From assembly GCA_043228905.1 (NCBI GenBank), contig JBHGNT010000002.1, positions 8,246,001-8,310,000 on the forward strand: a stretch of DNA of 64,000 nt. Direction: 5' to 3'. This document shows positions 63,961 through 64,000 of the stretch, piece after piece. This stretch comes from Azolla caroliniana. Taxonomy: Eukaryota > Plantae > Polypodiophyta. Position numbers and translations under genes: made by a program. The notes under the pieces are model-generated. The model made no database searches. It was not told the DNA's origin and was given only the letters and a program-made list of their open reading frames with translations. How positions within the stretch are numbered: position 1 is the stretch's first letter; each line of letters opens with the position of its first letter.

Positions 63961-64000
63961 GAATAAACGTGACTAAAGTGGAAAAGACCAGGATGATCTT

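Overview
This is eukaryotic plant nuclear DNA, probably from a non-seed land plant such as a fern, lycophyte or bryophyte (inferred from the Tcn1-like chromoviruses and the Copia family present). Positions 1-49.9 kb are a nest of transposable elements: (i) an apparently identical head-to-tail array (2,665-bp period, shared LTRs) of a small Gag-only LTR element inserted in a Copia RT; (ii) a degenerate Tcn1-like chromovirus; (iii) a near-complete 10-kb non-chromovirus Ty3/Gypsy (13573-23608, TSD TTGTT) and a divergent, 5'-truncated relative (~40950-47639); (iv) several copies and solo LTRs of one Copia family; (v) a Sola-like DDD transposase remnant. From 51915 to beyond the window end is an intron-rich class I Golgi alpha-1,2-mannosidase gene (GH47, MNS1/2-like). 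It has 11 visible exons, one GC-AG intron, a Copia insertion in intron 7 and LINE remnants. Main finding: both non-chromovirus Gypsy elements lack a polypurine tract. Each instead has a conserved 40-nt tRNA-3'-end mimic (T-arm plus acceptor strand ending CCA, with an inserted hairpin showing compensatory changes) exactly 2 nt before the 3' LTR, i.e. an inverted second primer-binding site. Both also encode a conserved ~1,000-aa third ORF of unknown function. All calls were made by eye, without database searches.
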